Source of the DNA: Spirochaetota bacterium
GTDB lineage: Bacteria > Spirochaetota > GWE2-31-10
Assembly: GCA_045133795.1 (NCBI GenBank)
Contig: JBGUUT010000108.1
Span: 2,499-66,498 of the forward strand
Length of the DNA: 64,000 nucleotides
Reading direction: 5' to 3'
Both the position numbers and the translations under genes were made by a program. The notes under the pieces are model-generated. The model worked only from the letters and a program-made list of their open reading frames with translations, made no database searches and had not been told where the DNA came from. Below, one piece after another: positions 1 through 10,938 of this stretch (positions are counted from its first letter, which is position 1; each line of letters starts with the position of its first letter).

Positions 1-652
1 TTTTTTCGAAAAATTGAAATATTCTATTAATCAAGAAATGGAATTAGAATTCTTCTTAATTAAATTATCAAAATACAAAGATTTTATAAGACCCGGAACT
101 CTTTTAAAACAAATTAAAAACCTTCAAAACTCATTTATTGAAAAAAAAAAATTAAATGAAATAGATGTTCCACAAATAAAAAGAAATGAGAGTTTAAATA
201 GTATTTCTACCGATAGCGTTTCTACACCTATCGAAAATAAAACACCGGAAGATATAAAAGAGGAAATACTTTCTCCGCAAACGGAAAAGACTCCCCTATT
301 AAAAACTTCGGAAGTAAATGAAACATCAATACAAAAAGAAAATAATTTCATTGAAACAACAAAAGTTATGCTTGAAGAAGTAAATCAGGAATCTACACCT
401 GAAACTATTGTTGAAAAAGTTAATCTAACACCGGAAACAAAATCGATTGCAGAAAAAGCAGTTTCAACTTCTTCTACGGATAATAGTTTGACTATTGAAG
501 CAAAACCGACTATAGAAAAAACAACTTCTGAGTTCTCTTTTTCTTCTCTCATAAAGGAAAGCACTATTCCTGAAAATAAGGAAAAACTTTCACCTTATGA
601 AATTAATAAGAAAAATCTAAAACAACTTTTTTCATGTACAGAATATAGATAA
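1..652 (+). CDS. dnaX: Probable C-terminal part of DNA polymerase III tau/gamma subunit (partial, open to window start); low-complexity tail
   Basis: Frame is open from position 2. The protein is a low-complexity T/P/E/K-rich tail. The position immediately upstream of ybaB-recR matches the conserved dnaX-ybaB-recR order. No catalytic motifs are visible in this part. Confidence 0.35.
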   Translation, partial: FFEKLKYSINQEMELEFFLIKLSKYKDFIRPGTLLKQIKNLQNSFIEKKKLNEIDVPQIKRNESLNSISTDSVSTPIENKTPEDIKEEILSPQTEKTPLLKTSEVNETSIQKENNFIETTKVMLEEVNQESTPETIVEKVNLTPETKSIAEKAVSTSSTDNSLTIEAKPTIEKTTSEFSFSSLIKESTIPENKEKLSPYEINKKNLKQLFSCTEYR

Positions 653-663
653 GGAGATTTATA

Positions 664-978
664 ATGTCACCATTTGATTTACTAAAAAATTTTAACATCA
701 ATTCTTTAAAAGAAAAAGCTGAAGAAATGAAAGAAAAAATTGAAAACTGTGAAGTTACCGGTGAAGCCGGAGGCGGTTTTGTCAAAGTTAAAATTAACGG
801 TAAATTTAAAATACTTGATATCAGTTATGAAAATAACAAATACATCACCGAAGATTTAGAAACATTCAAAAATCTTATAATCTGTGCTCAAAATGATGCT
901 TGTGATAAAATGAATGAACAAATCAAAAATGAGCTCGGACCTTCTTTCGGAGATTTATCTTCGTTTCTGGGAAAATAA
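664..978 (+). CDS. ybaB: Nucleoid-associated protein YbaB/EbfC
   Basis: 104 aa. Contains GGGFVKVKINGKF..ISYE core and the conserved C-terminal AQNDA..K helix typical of YbaB. Sits between dnaX-like and recR. Confidence 0.85.
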   Translation: MSPFDLLKNFNINSLKEKAEEMKEKIENCEVTGEAGGGFVKVKINGKFKILDISYENNKYITEDLETFKNLIICAQNDACDKMNEQIKNELGPSFGDLSSFLGK

Positions 979-980
979 AA

Positions 981-1574
981 ATGTATCAAATTGAAGATTT
1001 AATCGCAATATTAAGCAGACTCCCCGGTTTAGGTAAAAAAACAGCCTCTAAGTTGGCTTATTTCTTCGTTAAAAACAAAGAATATTCTAATGATTTCATT
1101 AAGATTCTTTCATTTATACAGAAAAATACAAGTTTCTGTCCTGATTGCGGCTGTATTATTTTAAATGTAGAAAAATGTTCTATTTGTTCTTCTGATATTA
1201 GAAACAAAAACCTTTTATGTATTGTAGAAGAACAAAAAGATATGATGGCAATAGAAGATACCGGTGTTTTTTCAGGTCTTTATCATATTCTTTCAGGAAC
1301 AATAAATCCGTTAGAAAATCGCACACCCGAAAAATTAAGAATAAAAGAATTAATAAATAGATTACAAGAAAATAATTTTGAAGAAATTCTTATAGCTACT
1401 AATCCTACCATTGAAGGCGATGCTACATTTTTATATCTTCAAAATCTTATCAAAACAACTTTTCCAAATATAAAAATATCTAAAATAGCCACCGGTCTTC
1501 CAATGGGAGGAGTTTTAGAATACGCAGATAAACATACTCTATCACGAGCAATAGAGCAAAAACAATATTTTTAA
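981..1574 (+). CDS. recR: Recombination protein RecR
   Basis: 197 aa. N-terminal HhH (LSRLPGLGKKTASKLAYF), a C4 zinc finger (CPDCGC..CSIC) and a Toprim-like region. Confidence 0.9.
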   Translation: MYQIEDLIAILSRLPGLGKKTASKLAYFFVKNKEYSNDFIKILSFIQKNTSFCPDCGCIILNVEKCSICSSDIRNKNLLCIVEEQKDMMAIEDTGVFSGLYHILSGTINPLENRTPEKLRIKELINRLQENNFEEILIATNPTIEGDATFLYLQNLIKTTFPNIKISKIATGLPMGGVLEYADKHTLSRAIEQKQYF

Positions 1575-2968
1575 GATTCTTCTTTATTTATAGGAAGCTG
1601 AATAACTAGTTTTGTTCCCTGATTAACTTTTGCAAAAAAGATAGAGCCTTTATGTTCTTCTATTATCCCTTTACATATTGCTAATCCTAAACCAAAACCG
1701 CCGGATTCTCTGTCTCTGGCTTTATCTACACGATAAAACTTTTCGAAAACAAGTTGAAAATATTCTTCTGATAAAGTTTTTCCGTTGTTTTGAATCGAGA
1801 TTTCACACAAATTATTACATTCATTCATCATTACTTTTATATACGTAGCTCTCGCATTAATAGCATTCTGAATTATATTAACAATCACTCTCTTTATCTT
1901 CTCAACATCAATATTACATAAAATATCTTTATCACAAAAATATTCGATTTGTACATTTCTTGATTTTTCTAAAACAACCAACTCTTTAGATAACATCTCA
2001 AAGAAATATTTCATTTCAAATGATTCTAAAAATAAACGTTCTTTTTTCATTTCAAGACGAGATACTTCTAATATTTCACCAACCATATTATTCAATAAAT
2101 CAATTTCTGATAAAATTGATTTATAAAATTCTTTCTCTTCTTTTTCCGGTAAATCAATATCAAGCATTAATTCGGTATAACCTCGAATTCTCCCTAAAGG
2201 AGAACGCAATTCATGACTTACGGTAGCCAATAAATCATCACGAATCTCTTTCATCTTTACCAATTCTTCTGACATCGAATTAAAAGAGCTTATTACTTGA
2301 CCGATTTCATCTTTAGGTTGGATTTTAACTTTTACACCATATTTTCCTGCAGCAATTTGTGAGGCTGCTTTTGCTAAGTCAAACAATGGTTTTATTGCAT
2401 TGTTCACATGAAAAACTAAAAAAGGTATTATAAAAATAGCAGAGATAATAGAACTAATTAAAAGGCTTTGAAAAATTATTTTTAAGAAATTAATCTTTAC
2501 GGATAACTCTATAGATTTAAAAGGCAAATTCGCCTTAAAACTAATTTGCCTTTTTATTTCAAATAAATAACTTTTCGTTTCCTTTCTATATATCAATTTA
2601 GGAAAATCTTTATATTTTATATCGCCTTCGACACTGTTTATTGTAAACTCCATTCCCGGAAATGTCTTTTCTACTTGGCTTTTTAAAATATCAGTTCCAT
2701 TATCTGAATCATAAGTTAATAAATCATAAACATCATAATGCTCTTCCGAAACTCCGTTATAATACTTTTCAATTTGAGACTTTAATGCTGTCGTTTTAAA
2801 ATCAATTCCAGCCATTTGAGAATCTAATAACTTATGAAAAGTAAAATAAGAAATTACAACTGTTAAAATAACATGGATTGCGAGCAATATAAGAAAAAGG
2901 CTTATCATCCTTTTTCTTAAAGAACTTTTTATGTGTTTATTTTTTAACTTCAAATCTATATCCTGCAC
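1571..2968 (-). CDS. Two-component sensor histidine kinase (two TM helices, HAMP, HisKA, HATPase_c)
   Basis: H-box VSHELRSPL, N/G boxes (NAINA.., GGFGLGLAICKG) and two N-terminal hydrophobic segments. Its 3' end overlaps recR stop (shared ttaa). Confidence 0.85.
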   Translation of the reverse strand: MQDIDLKLKNKHIKSSLRKRMISLFLILLAIHVILTVVISYFTFHKLLDSQMAGIDFKTTALKSQIEKYYNGVSEEHYDVYDLLTYDSDNGTDILKSQVEKTFPGMEFTINSVEGDIKYKDFPKLIYRKETKSYLFEIKRQISFKANLPFKSIELSVKINFLKIIFQSLLISSIISAIFIIPFLVFHVNNAIKPLFDLAKAASQIAAGKYGVKVKIQPKDEIGQVISSFNSMSEELVKMKEIRDDLLATVSHELRSPLGRIRGYTELMLDIDLPEKEEKEFYKSILSEIDLLNNMVGEILEVSRLEMKKERLFLESFEMKYFFEMLSKELVVLEKSRNVQIEYFCDKDILCNIDVEKIKRVIVNIIQNAINARATYIKVMMNECNNLCEISIQNNGKTLSEEYFQLVFEKFYRVDKARDRESGGFGLGLAICKGIIEEHKGSIFFAKVNQGTKLVIQLPINKEES

Positions 2969-3635
2969 CCCAAACGGTTCTTATACTACAATTTTCTGAT
3001 TTTTGTTGTTTCAACTTATTTCTCAAGTGGCTTATATGCATATCCACTGAACGGTCAAAACTTTCATAATCTCTATCAGAAATAACTTTTAACAACTCTT
3101 CTCTGGTAAATGTTTTTTCAGGATTTGATGCTAATAAATACAAGATTTCAAACTCTGTTTTTGTTAATTCCATTTCATTACTATCAACAATCAACATTCT
3201 CTTATCTGCATTTATTACAAGATTACCGAAAACCAATTCTTTCTTTTGAGTGTAATCAAACGGTGTACTTGCTGAACGTCTTAAAACACTTCTGATTCTT
3301 GCACTTAATTCTCTTATAGAAAAAGGTTTTGTTACATAATCATCAGCACCTAATTCAAGACCGATAATCTTATCAATTTCATCACCTTTTGCAGTTAACA
3401 TAATAATAGGAACGTCTACTTTCTTCTGCAATTCTTTTAACAAATCAAGACCGTTTTTTCCCGGAAGCATAATATCCAATAATATAATATCCGGTTTTTC
3501 TGTATCTACAATTTGGTCTACATCTTTTCCATCATTTATTATTACAACGTTAAACTCGTATTGAGTAAAATATTTTTGTACTATATCTGTCAGTTTCTTA
3601 TCATCATCTACAATTAATATCTTTTTCTTCACCAT
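2937..3635 (-). CDS. OmpR-family response regulator (receiver plus winged-helix)
   Basis: ILIVDDD..LLDIMLPGKNGLDL receiver and C-terminal TVWGAGYRF wing motif. Overlaps the downstream HK gene by 32 nt, so operonic. Confidence 0.9.
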   Translation of the reverse strand: MVKKKILIVDDDKKLTDIVQKYFTQYEFNVVIINDGKDVDQIVDTEKPDIILLDIMLPGKNGLDLLKELQKKVDVPIIMLTAKGDEIDKIIGLELGADDYVTKPFSIRELSARIRSVLRRSASTPFDYTQKKELVFGNLVINADKRMLIVDSNEMELTKTEFEILYLLASNPEKTFTREELLKVISDRDYESFDRSVDMHISHLRNKLKQQKSENCSIRTVWGAGYRFEVKK

Positions 3636-3740
3636 AAAGAAAACTCCTCATTTTGTTTATTAAAAAATATACAAATAATAAAAAAAATATACTACTCGAA
3701 AATAAAAAATAAATGCAGTATATATTTTAATATTTACAAT

Positions 3741-4769
3741 TTAGAAAAAAACGGATATTCCCAACAACGAAACATCCAACAGTGGCAAATCATAATCAAA
3801 TATCTTTCCGTACCACTGATTATTTTTATTCGAATACTTTTGAGTCGTATGAAAATTTATAAACATTGTATAATAAATCTTTTTATAAAGTTTTATATCT
3901 AATCTCTGATAAAACGAAAACTGCGGTAAGAAATAAGACTCTATAGCTTCAAATGTATCGCCTTTTTCTTTTATTGCTGAAATATTATAAATACTTGCAC
4001 CAAATGAATAATGAGAAATTTTATAAAAAAATGAAAATCCTAATGACATTCCATAAAATTGTGCAAAAGGTGCTAATCCGTCAGCATTTTTTTCAAGATA
4101 AAAATCTTTATATGACAAATTATAGAACAATCCGATTTCCATATATCTTACGGGATAAAACGCTACATTAAAATTTATGGGAAATATAGAAAAATTATTC
4201 AAATCCTCATAATACAAATGCAACGATACACCGCTTAGACTCAAACTTGCATAAGGATAATCATGTTCTATTTTTCTATCTTGCGAGTAATTAATTTTAT
4301 TCTCAATTACTGTATTTTGAACAGTGGTTACTTCGTCATTTACTACTAAAGATATATCTTTCTCTATTTGTTTATATATATCTTCCTTTATCAAATTTAA
4401 ATCTTCCAATGATACACACATTTCTGTATTGAAAGTTGATGATGACAAAAGTTCACCTTTTTTATTATAAATACCAAGTTTCAATATTTTTTCTTCATAT
4501 TTAAAAATATAAAACGCATCATTTTTATTTAGAGCAACACGCTTTTCAAACGGTAATTTCGCAAAACTGTAATCGCAAAAAAAACGACAATCTGATATTT
4601 TTTTCTCACTCTCAATACAATTGAAAATATACATCATTACCAAATTATCTTCTTCTTTTGCTAATTCTGCCTTTTCATAAAAAAGCGAAACTTTTTTTTC
4701 TTCCCCGTAAAAAACAGAAGCAATAAATAAAATAAAAATAATTAATAACCCTTTATAATTTAATGCCAT
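3741..4769 (-). CDS. Hypothetical secreted protein, possible outer-membrane beta-barrel (C-terminal ..SVFF)
   Basis: N-terminal signal peptide, aromatic-rich alternating C-terminal half ending in Phe-Phe. No family recognised. Confidence 0.3.
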   Translation of the reverse strand: MALNYKGLLIIFILFIASVFYGEEKKVSLFYEKAELAKEEDNLVMMYIFNCIESEKKISDCRFFCDYSFAKLPFEKRVALNKNDAFYIFKYEEKILKLGIYNKKGELLSSSTFNTEMCVSLEDLNLIKEDIYKQIEKDISLVVNDEVTTVQNTVIENKINYSQDRKIEHDYPYASLSLSGVSLHLYYEDLNNFSIFPINFNVAFYPVRYMEIGLFYNLSYKDFYLEKNADGLAPFAQFYGMSLGFSFFYKISHYSFGASIYNISAIKEKGDTFEAIESYFLPQFSFYQRLDIKLYKKIYYTMFINFHTTQKYSNKNNQWYGKIFDYDLPLLDVSLLGISVFF

Positions 4770-5763
4770 AGCCTATCAAAACCCCTAATGTTAATTGATT
4801 ATCCCATTGATAATCTGTTAAATTTAGAGACATTATTGGAAATACCCCGGATATACGCAAAACATGTTTTTTAGCCAAATGTATTTTCATTCCAACTTCA
4901 AATGGTATAGATAAAAAAACTGCTCCTATATTATTATATAATATTTCAATTTTCGCACCGATATTCGGTTCAAACCACCCTTTCAGATAAAAATGAAAAC
5001 CTGCAAATCCACCGCCGTAAAAAGAGTTCCACTTCCAATCTGAAAAATCAATCCATTTATCTTGTTTTCCAATCCCAAAACAACCGCCTGCATCAAGATA
5101 TATAAAATCACTGGCATAAAAACTATATCCAGTATAAACAGAAGCCAACGTTAACGTCTGAGAATTTACTTTAAAAAAACCATGACTTACAAAAATCTCA
5201 TGTCTTATTTTTTCTTTATCTAATAAATTTTCGATTCGTTCTTTTTCTACATTTTCTTCTGCTTCTTTCACTTCAGCTTTTTCCGGAACTTTTTTTATTA
5301 TTTGTTCTTTTTCAAATTCCAATAGTGAAATATCACTTATTATTTGTTCCGCTACTAACGCTATTGACTCATTAATCTTTAAATTAAATTCGATTGGATA
5401 ATTTTTGTTATATAACAATTGATTTTTACCAATATCATAAAGATATGTATGTAAAATTATATTTCCGTATAGATTATAAGTTTTAAATAAAAAAACATAT
5501 CTTAAATCTTCTTCTATCCCTGATAAAAACGCATTCTTTTGCAAATCTTCAAATGTAGAACCTTTACAAGTCAAATTTCTTAAATCAAAAGAACCTTCAT
5601 CATTAGCACTGAATATTTCAAAAATCAAATTGCTTTTTATCAATAATGTTTCAGTTGTGTTTTGATATAAAAAAGGATTAACAATACCTATAGCTATAGG
5701 TTGTGAAAATACTACTGATAACGAAAATAAATAAATAATCAAAAAAAACTTCAGGCTTTTCAT
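4753..5763 (-). CDS. Hypothetical secreted protein
   Basis: Signal peptide MKSLKFFLIIYLFSLSVVFSQ. Glu/Lys-rich linker then Gly/aromatic-rich C-terminal half. Overlaps next gene by 17 nt. Confidence 0.3.
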   Translation of the reverse strand: MKSLKFFLIIYLFSLSVVFSQPIAIGIVNPFLYQNTTETLLIKSNLIFEIFSANDEGSFDLRNLTCKGSTFEDLQKNAFLSGIEEDLRYVFLFKTYNLYGNIILHTYLYDIGKNQLLYNKNYPIEFNLKINESIALVAEQIISDISLLEFEKEQIIKKVPEKAEVKEAEENVEKERIENLLDKEKIRHEIFVSHGFFKVNSQTLTLASVYTGYSFYASDFIYLDAGGCFGIGKQDKWIDFSDWKWNSFYGGGFAGFHFYLKGWFEPNIGAKIEILYNNIGAVFLSIPFEVGMKIHLAKKHVLRISGVFPIMSLNLTDYQWDNQLTLGVLIGYGIKL

Positions 5764-5770
5764 AACTACA

Positions 5771-7105
5771 TTATCCTTGAAAATAATTTCTTAAAATTTC
5801 AAGTCCACGTAAAGTATTTTTTTCATCTTGATAATAAATATTATTAAAACCAAAACGTTCTGCTTCTTTTACTCGCTTTTCTATTTGATTTACTTTTTTT
5901 ATTCCGCCAGTTAACGATAATTCTCCGATAAATACATCTTTATTTATTATCATCTTCTGCTTTTTAGACGAAATTAATGCCGCAGCTATCGCTAAATCAA
6001 TACCAATATCTGATGTTTTTATTCCGCCGGATATATTAGTATATACATCATAATTATTAAAATTTTCCCCCAAGTGTTTATCAATTATCGCCAAAATTCT
6101 ATTAATTCTGGATATTTCTATTCCCTCTGAAAATCTTTTAGGCATAGGATAAGCTGAAGGTACAACTAAAGCCTCTACTTCTACAATTAAAGGTCGCTTT
6201 CCCTCTATTATTACACATTTACACTTTCCTACTGATGAATCTTCTATATTTTCACTTTCTATAAAATAAGATGACGGATTATCAATTACCTCAAGACCTT
6301 TTTCCTTCATCTCAAATACAAGTATCTCGTCTACATTACCAAACCTATTTTTTCTTGAGCGTAATATTCTGAATTGATTCTTATAATCACTTTCAAAATA
6401 AGTAACAACATCAACCATATGTTCCATTAGTTTAGGACCCGCTATTTCTCCTGATTTTGTTACATGACAAACAATTACTACTACAGCATTAGATGTTTTT
6501 GCATAATCAATTAACATTTGAGTACATTTTTTTATTTGAGAAATAGTTCCTTGACCGGAATCAACTTCCGATGAAAAACAAGTTTGAATAGAATCTACAA
6601 AGACAAACATAGGTTTTTCTTTTACACAGATTTCATTTATCTTTTCTAGTTGAGATATATTAGATACAAACAAAGATGAATCTGAAGCTCCGACACGATC
6701 AAATCGTTTTTTTATTTGCGATACAGATTCTTCTCCCGAAAAATAATAAATCTTCTTTGATCTTTTTATAAATTTAGCTAATAAAAAAAGAAAAGTCGAC
6801 TTACCTACTCCTGGCTCGCCTGATAATAAAATAACAGAACCGGGTACAATTCCCGTTCCGAAGAAAATATTCATATTTTCATTTTCTAAAACAAAAATAT
6901 CTTCTTCTAAACGTTGTATTTCTTGAATCTTTACTGGGTATTGTATTTCTTTATTAGTAACATTTTTTTCTGTCGCATTTTTATTGTCATTTATTACTTC
7001 TTCAATAAAAGAGTTCCAGCTGTTACATTCAGGACATTTTCCCATCCACGCACTTGATATATACCCGCATTCATTACATGCAAATCTTTTTTTTAACTTT
7101 GTCAT
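5771..7105 (-). CDS. radA: DNA repair protein RadA/Sms
   Basis: N-terminal C4 zinc ribbon (CNECGY..CPECNSW), Walker A GEPGVGKST, KNRFG motif and a Lon-protease-like C-terminal domain. Confidence 0.9.
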   Translation of the reverse strand: MTKLKKRFACNECGYISSAWMGKCPECNSWNSFIEEVINDNKNATEKNVTNKEIQYPVKIQEIQRLEEDIFVLENENMNIFFGTGIVPGSVILLSGEPGVGKSTFLFLLAKFIKRSKKIYYFSGEESVSQIKKRFDRVGASDSSLFVSNISQLEKINEICVKEKPMFVFVDSIQTCFSSEVDSGQGTISQIKKCTQMLIDYAKTSNAVVVIVCHVTKSGEIAGPKLMEHMVDVVTYFESDYKNQFRILRSRKNRFGNVDEILVFEMKEKGLEVIDNPSSYFIESENIEDSSVGKCKCVIIEGKRPLIVEVEALVVPSAYPMPKRFSEGIEISRINRILAIIDKHLGENFNNYDVYTNISGGIKTSDIGIDLAIAAALISSKKQKMIINKDVFIGELSLTGGIKKVNQIEKRVKEAERFGFNNIYYQDEKNTLRGLEILRNYFQG

Positions 7106-7758
7106 TTTTTTATTTTAAAAATCTTCTCATCTACCGTATCTAAAAAAAGCTTTTTCATATTGATTTCACTTTCTTCATTAGTCAATCCCAGCATTCGGTC
7201 TATTCTTATATAATTACCATCACAATTTTTTCCTTTATCTGAAATAATAGGAATTTTTACTGTAGAGTGAAGCATTTGAATAAAATCATCCGGAAAGTTT
7301 TCTAAAATCAAAAGTTCTCCGCCTGAAGCTTGAAACTCAATTGCTTTTTCCTTTATAAAATCAACGGAAATACTGTTGTAATTTGAATATGCTATAAATT
7401 TTAAACCAATTTGACTTCCTTTTTTTATTAAATCAAAATCAAAATAATTTAAATCTATAGATAAATAATCTGCATTCGTAGCATTCGCAAAATTAAGCAT
7501 TTTCTCTATGCTTATTTCATTTTTTGACAATAAAGATAATATAGGAACATCTACCGCTAACGGAATATTACCTTTATAAGAAGAAGTAATACTTTTTATA
7601 TCATCTTCTTTGATATTCAATACCTTATTTACACCACATAAATTCGCTGTTTCTTTTAAATCACATCGTAAAAATGAAATTTCTCGTTTCATTAAAAAAC
7701 TACTGAACAATGAATTAAAAAATGACATCGCAATTATTTTTTTATTATTTTCAAACAA
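7102..7758 (-). CDS. Hypothetical protein (alpha/beta, possibly TIM-barrel-like)
   Basis: 218 aa, no recognised motif. Stop overlaps radA start by 4 nt (translational coupling). Confidence 0.3.
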   Translation of the reverse strand: MFENNKKIIAMSFFNSLFSSFLMKREISFLRCDLKETANLCGVNKVLNIKEDDIKSITSSYKGNIPLAVDVPILSLLSKNEISIEKMLNFANATNADYLSIDLNYFDFDLIKKGSQIGLKFIAYSNYNSISVDFIKEKAIEFQASGGELLILENFPDDFIQMLHSTVKIPIISDKGKNCDGNYIRIDRMLGLTNEESEINMKKLFLDTVDEKIFKIKK

Positions 7759-7814
7759 AATTACATCTCCTAATAAAAAAAGTAGGATAATAAAATCCTA
7801 CTTTCAAATATATT

Positions 7815-8453
7815 TTAACCTTGTATTACTTCTTCTTGGTATAAAACTTTTACTCGTTTAATAGTTCCTTCACCTTCAGAAACAGTGTCTATATTTTCCA
7901 CACTTTTTAAAGTCATATGAATTATTCTTCTTTCAAAAGGATTCATAGGATCTAATAATACTGATTTTTTTTCTTTCTTAACCTGTTTAGCTGCATCTTG
8001 AGCTATCTTCTTTAAATTACGTTCTCTTCTTTCTCTGTAACCGCAAGTATCAATAATTATCTTAGTCCATACAGAATAATCTTTATTCATTATAACATTT
8101 ACTATTGTTTGAATCGCTTCTAAAGTTTTACCTTGTTTTCCTATTAAAATAGCTGAATCATCTTTAGCATCAATATCAATTAAAACTTTTTCATCATCTT
8201 CTTCCATAAGATAAATCTTAGCTTCAATATCCATACGTTCCAATAATTCTTTTACTAACATCAAACTTCGATTAGCAAATGATAAATCATCGTCATAAGA
8301 AATTTTAACTACAACTTCTTTTTTTCCTAAGCCTAAAAAACCGCCCTTATTTTCAATTTTAATCTCAACTTGATCTCTTTTTAATTTTAAAACATCAAGA
8401 GCTGCGGAAATCACTTCATCTTCTGATTTTCCAGTAAAATCTCTTTCTATCAT
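7815..8453 (-). CDS. khpB: Jag/KhpB RNA-binding protein (Jag_N, KH, R3H)
   Basis: R3H motif RRIIHMTL..., KH-like core, position immediately downstream of yidC as in most bacteria. Confidence 0.8.
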   Translation of the reverse strand: MIERDFTGKSEDEVISAALDVLKLKRDQVEIKIENKGGFLGLGKKEVVVKISYDDDLSFANRSLMLVKELLERMDIEAKIYLMEEDDEKVLIDIDAKDDSAILIGKQGKTLEAIQTIVNVIMNKDYSVWTKIIIDTCGYRERRERNLKKIAQDAAKQVKKEKKSVLLDPMNPFERRIIHMTLKSVENIDTVSEGEGTIKRVKVLYQEEVIQG

Positions 8454-8491
8454 ATAAGAAACTCCTTTAATTTAGAGAATTTTTTTCTTAT

Positions 8492-10222
8492 TTATTTTTT
8501 TCTTTTACCTTTAGGTGCATCAACAACAGTAGCATTTGCTAATGTTTTATTCATAAATAATTGCTGAACTATTCCTAACAAGTTCATTACCGTCCAATAT
8601 AAAACCAAACCGGAAGATACATTGTAAAAGAAAAAGAAAAACATTAACGGCATTAACCAAATCATCATTTTTGCTTGAGGATTATTATCCATTCCCGGAG
8701 TAAGCAAACTCTGGAATACTTGTGATATAACCATGATAATCGGTAATATATTTAAAGAACTTATATTTAACAACGGTATTGTGAAACTAAAAGCTATTAA
8801 AGCATCCGGCATAGCCAAATCCTTTATCCATAAAAAACTTGCACCTTTCAATTCAAACATTCTATCCAATAATTGATACATAGCAAATAAAAACGGCATT
8901 TGTAGTAACATTGGTAAACAACCGGACATAGGACTTACGCCGGCTTTTCTGTATAATTCCATTGTTTTTTGACTTAACATTTCCGGTTTATCTTTATATT
9001 TAGTCTGTAATTCTTTTAATTTAGGTTGTAACGTTTGCATCTTTTGAGAGTTTTTCATACTGTTCATCATTAAAGGTGCTAACAAAACTTTTAGAATTAC
9101 AGTTAAAATAATTATCGCTACTCCGTAATTTTTTACAGCAGCATACAATACTTTCAAAAACCAGCCTAATAAATTACCAAGTCCGAAAACAATAGAAGGA
9201 TCCATCTTTGATAATTCTGTTTTAGCCAAATAAACATCTTCATTTCTGAAATCATCATACTTTTTTAAAATCTTACTGGATTTTGGTCCACAATAAACAT
9301 TAAAACTTGTTTCTATTACTGATTTATTTGAAATTAATGACAAACCACAATAATATAATTTTTCATCTGATTTACTGTAGTCAAAGAAATAATCATATTC
9401 ATTTCCGTCAGGAATTATAACAGATGTAAAATAATGACTGTCTGAAGCAATCCAAGAATCTTTCAATGATTTTCTTATGCTTGCAAAACCATTATTCCCC
9501 TTAAATAATTTATGTTTAGAATTAACATTTACTATTTTACTGTTAGACAAATATCTGAATTGATCATATCTGTCATCTTTTTTCTCTGAAACACCTAAAC
9601 TAGGTCCCCATGCCAATGAAAAAACATTTGAAGAAGAATCAAATCTCATACTCTTATTTTTATCATTAGACAATTTTATATCAACATGAAATAGATTTTC
9701 ATTTTCATAGAATGTATATATTTTCTCTAGTTTATAATTAACTAATTCTTCTGTATCATCTGAAGAAAAATCACAAGAAAAACAATATTTATTCTCATTC
9801 TTAGTGAAAGTATAAATAGAATCACCTAACAATGAATTTAAATCTACTCCGTTTTCCCAAGAGCCTAATTTTAATTTCATTGCATTGTTTATATTACTTC
9901 CGTTTACCAAATCAAATGCTTTCTGATTCGGCGTTTTTACTATAAGCTCTGCTATTTCTGCTTTAGCTGAATTAAATACAACTTTTAAAACATCATTTTC
10001 ATAAATAATATCTTCTGCATTTGGAACAATTTCATTATTCAATGAAAACTTTTTTTCTTCTTTTACTTTTTTTATTTCTTCATTCTGATTGATTATTGAT
10101 TCTTCATTGTTTGTTTGCACACTATTATTAGTAGTAGGATTAAAAAATTGGTACAAAGTTATACCAAAACAAACCATAGTTAAAACTACCATAATAAAAA
10201 ACGTCTTATTTGCACTATCCAT
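8492..10222 (-). CDS. yidC: Membrane protein insertase YidC
   Basis: 576 aa. N-terminal TM, large periplasmic domain, C-terminal 5-TM core and basic tail PKGKRKK. Conserved rpmH-rnpA-yidD-yidC-jag context. Confidence 0.9.
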   Translation of the reverse strand: MDSANKTFFIMVVLTMVCFGITLYQFFNPTTNNSVQTNNEESIINQNEEIKKVKEEKKFSLNNEIVPNAEDIIYENDVLKVVFNSAKAEIAELIVKTPNQKAFDLVNGSNINNAMKLKLGSWENGVDLNSLLGDSIYTFTKNENKYCFSCDFSSDDTEELVNYKLEKIYTFYENENLFHVDIKLSNDKNKSMRFDSSSNVFSLAWGPSLGVSEKKDDRYDQFRYLSNSKIVNVNSKHKLFKGNNGFASIRKSLKDSWIASDSHYFTSVIIPDGNEYDYFFDYSKSDEKLYYCGLSLISNKSVIETSFNVYCGPKSSKILKKYDDFRNEDVYLAKTELSKMDPSIVFGLGNLLGWFLKVLYAAVKNYGVAIIILTVILKVLLAPLMMNSMKNSQKMQTLQPKLKELQTKYKDKPEMLSQKTMELYRKAGVSPMSGCLPMLLQMPFLFAMYQLLDRMFELKGASFLWIKDLAMPDALIAFSFTIPLLNISSLNILPIIMVISQVFQSLLTPGMDNNPQAKMMIWLMPLMFFFFFYNVSSGLVLYWTVMNLLGIVQQLFMNKTLANATVVDAPKGKRKK

Positions 10223-10237
10223 ATATACATCCTCTCT

Positions 10238-10426
10238 TTACGGTAACGGGTCAAATCCACCTTTAGAAAAGGGGTTACAGCGTAAGATACGCCATATAGT
10301 TAAAATTGAAGCTTTTAAAAAACCATATTTTAAAAAAGCTTGTTTTGCATATTCTGAACAAGACGGGTAAAATCGACATGAAGAAGGGAAAAATGGGGAT
10401 ATGTAATGTTGATAAAGGAATATCAT
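10238..10426 (-). CDS. yidD: Membrane protein insertion efficiency factor YidD
   Basis: 62 aa with conserved [10 protein letters not shown] motif. Confidence 0.85.
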   Translation of the reverse strand: MIFLYQHYISPFFPSSCRFYPSCSEYAKQAFLKYGFLKASILTIWRILRCNPFSKGGFDPLP

Positions 10427-10446
10427 AAAAAGAATTACTTTTTTTA

Positions 10447-10791
10447 TTATATCCCCCTCTGTAAGCTTTTTATAAAATCCTCAAAATCTAAAGCTTTTTT
10501 ATCATTAGGAGAAGAACTCTTTTTTATAATACATACAAAATCATAAGAAAGAGACTCTTTGTCTTTTATTTTTCTAAAAAACTCTCTCACAAGTCTCTTT
10601 TCATGATTTCTTACAACAGCACATCCTATATTCTTTTTTGCAACAATCCCTATTCGCAAAAAACCTAAAGAATTTTGCTTATAAACAAAATTATAACTAG
10701 AAGTTCTTCTAAAAAGAGAAAACTTACTTTGAAAAATGGAATCGAAATCTTTCTTCTTTTTTAATTTTTCACAGCGTCTAAAATTTTCCAA
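10447..10791 (-). CDS. rnpA: RNase P protein component
   Basis: 114 aa, basic. RNR-like motif region [27 protein letters not shown]. Downstream of rpmH. Confidence 0.85.
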   Translation of the reverse strand: MENFRRCEKLKKKKDFDSIFQSKFSLFRRTSSYNFVYKQNSLGFLRIGIVAKKNIGCAVVRNHEKRLVREFFRKIKDKESLSYDFVCIIKKSSSPNDKKALDFEDFIKSLQRGI

Positions 10792-10800
10792 AATATAAAA

Positions 10801-10938
10801 TTAAACTCTTGTTAATTGTTTTCTACCTTTTGCTCTTCTTCTCTTTAATACTAAACGACCTTTTTTTGTAGCCATTCTAGCTCTAAATCCGTGAGTTCTT
10901 ACTCTTTTAATTTTAGATGGTTGATAAGTCATTTTCAT
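10801..10938 (-). CDS. rpmH: 50S ribosomal protein L34 (not in supplied ORF track, below length cut-off)
   Basis: Manual translation of the minus strand gives [45 protein letters not shown], the canonical L34 sequence. Confidence 0.9.
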   Translation of the reverse strand: MKMTYQPSKIKRVRTHGFRARMATKKGRLVLKRRRAKGRKQLTRV

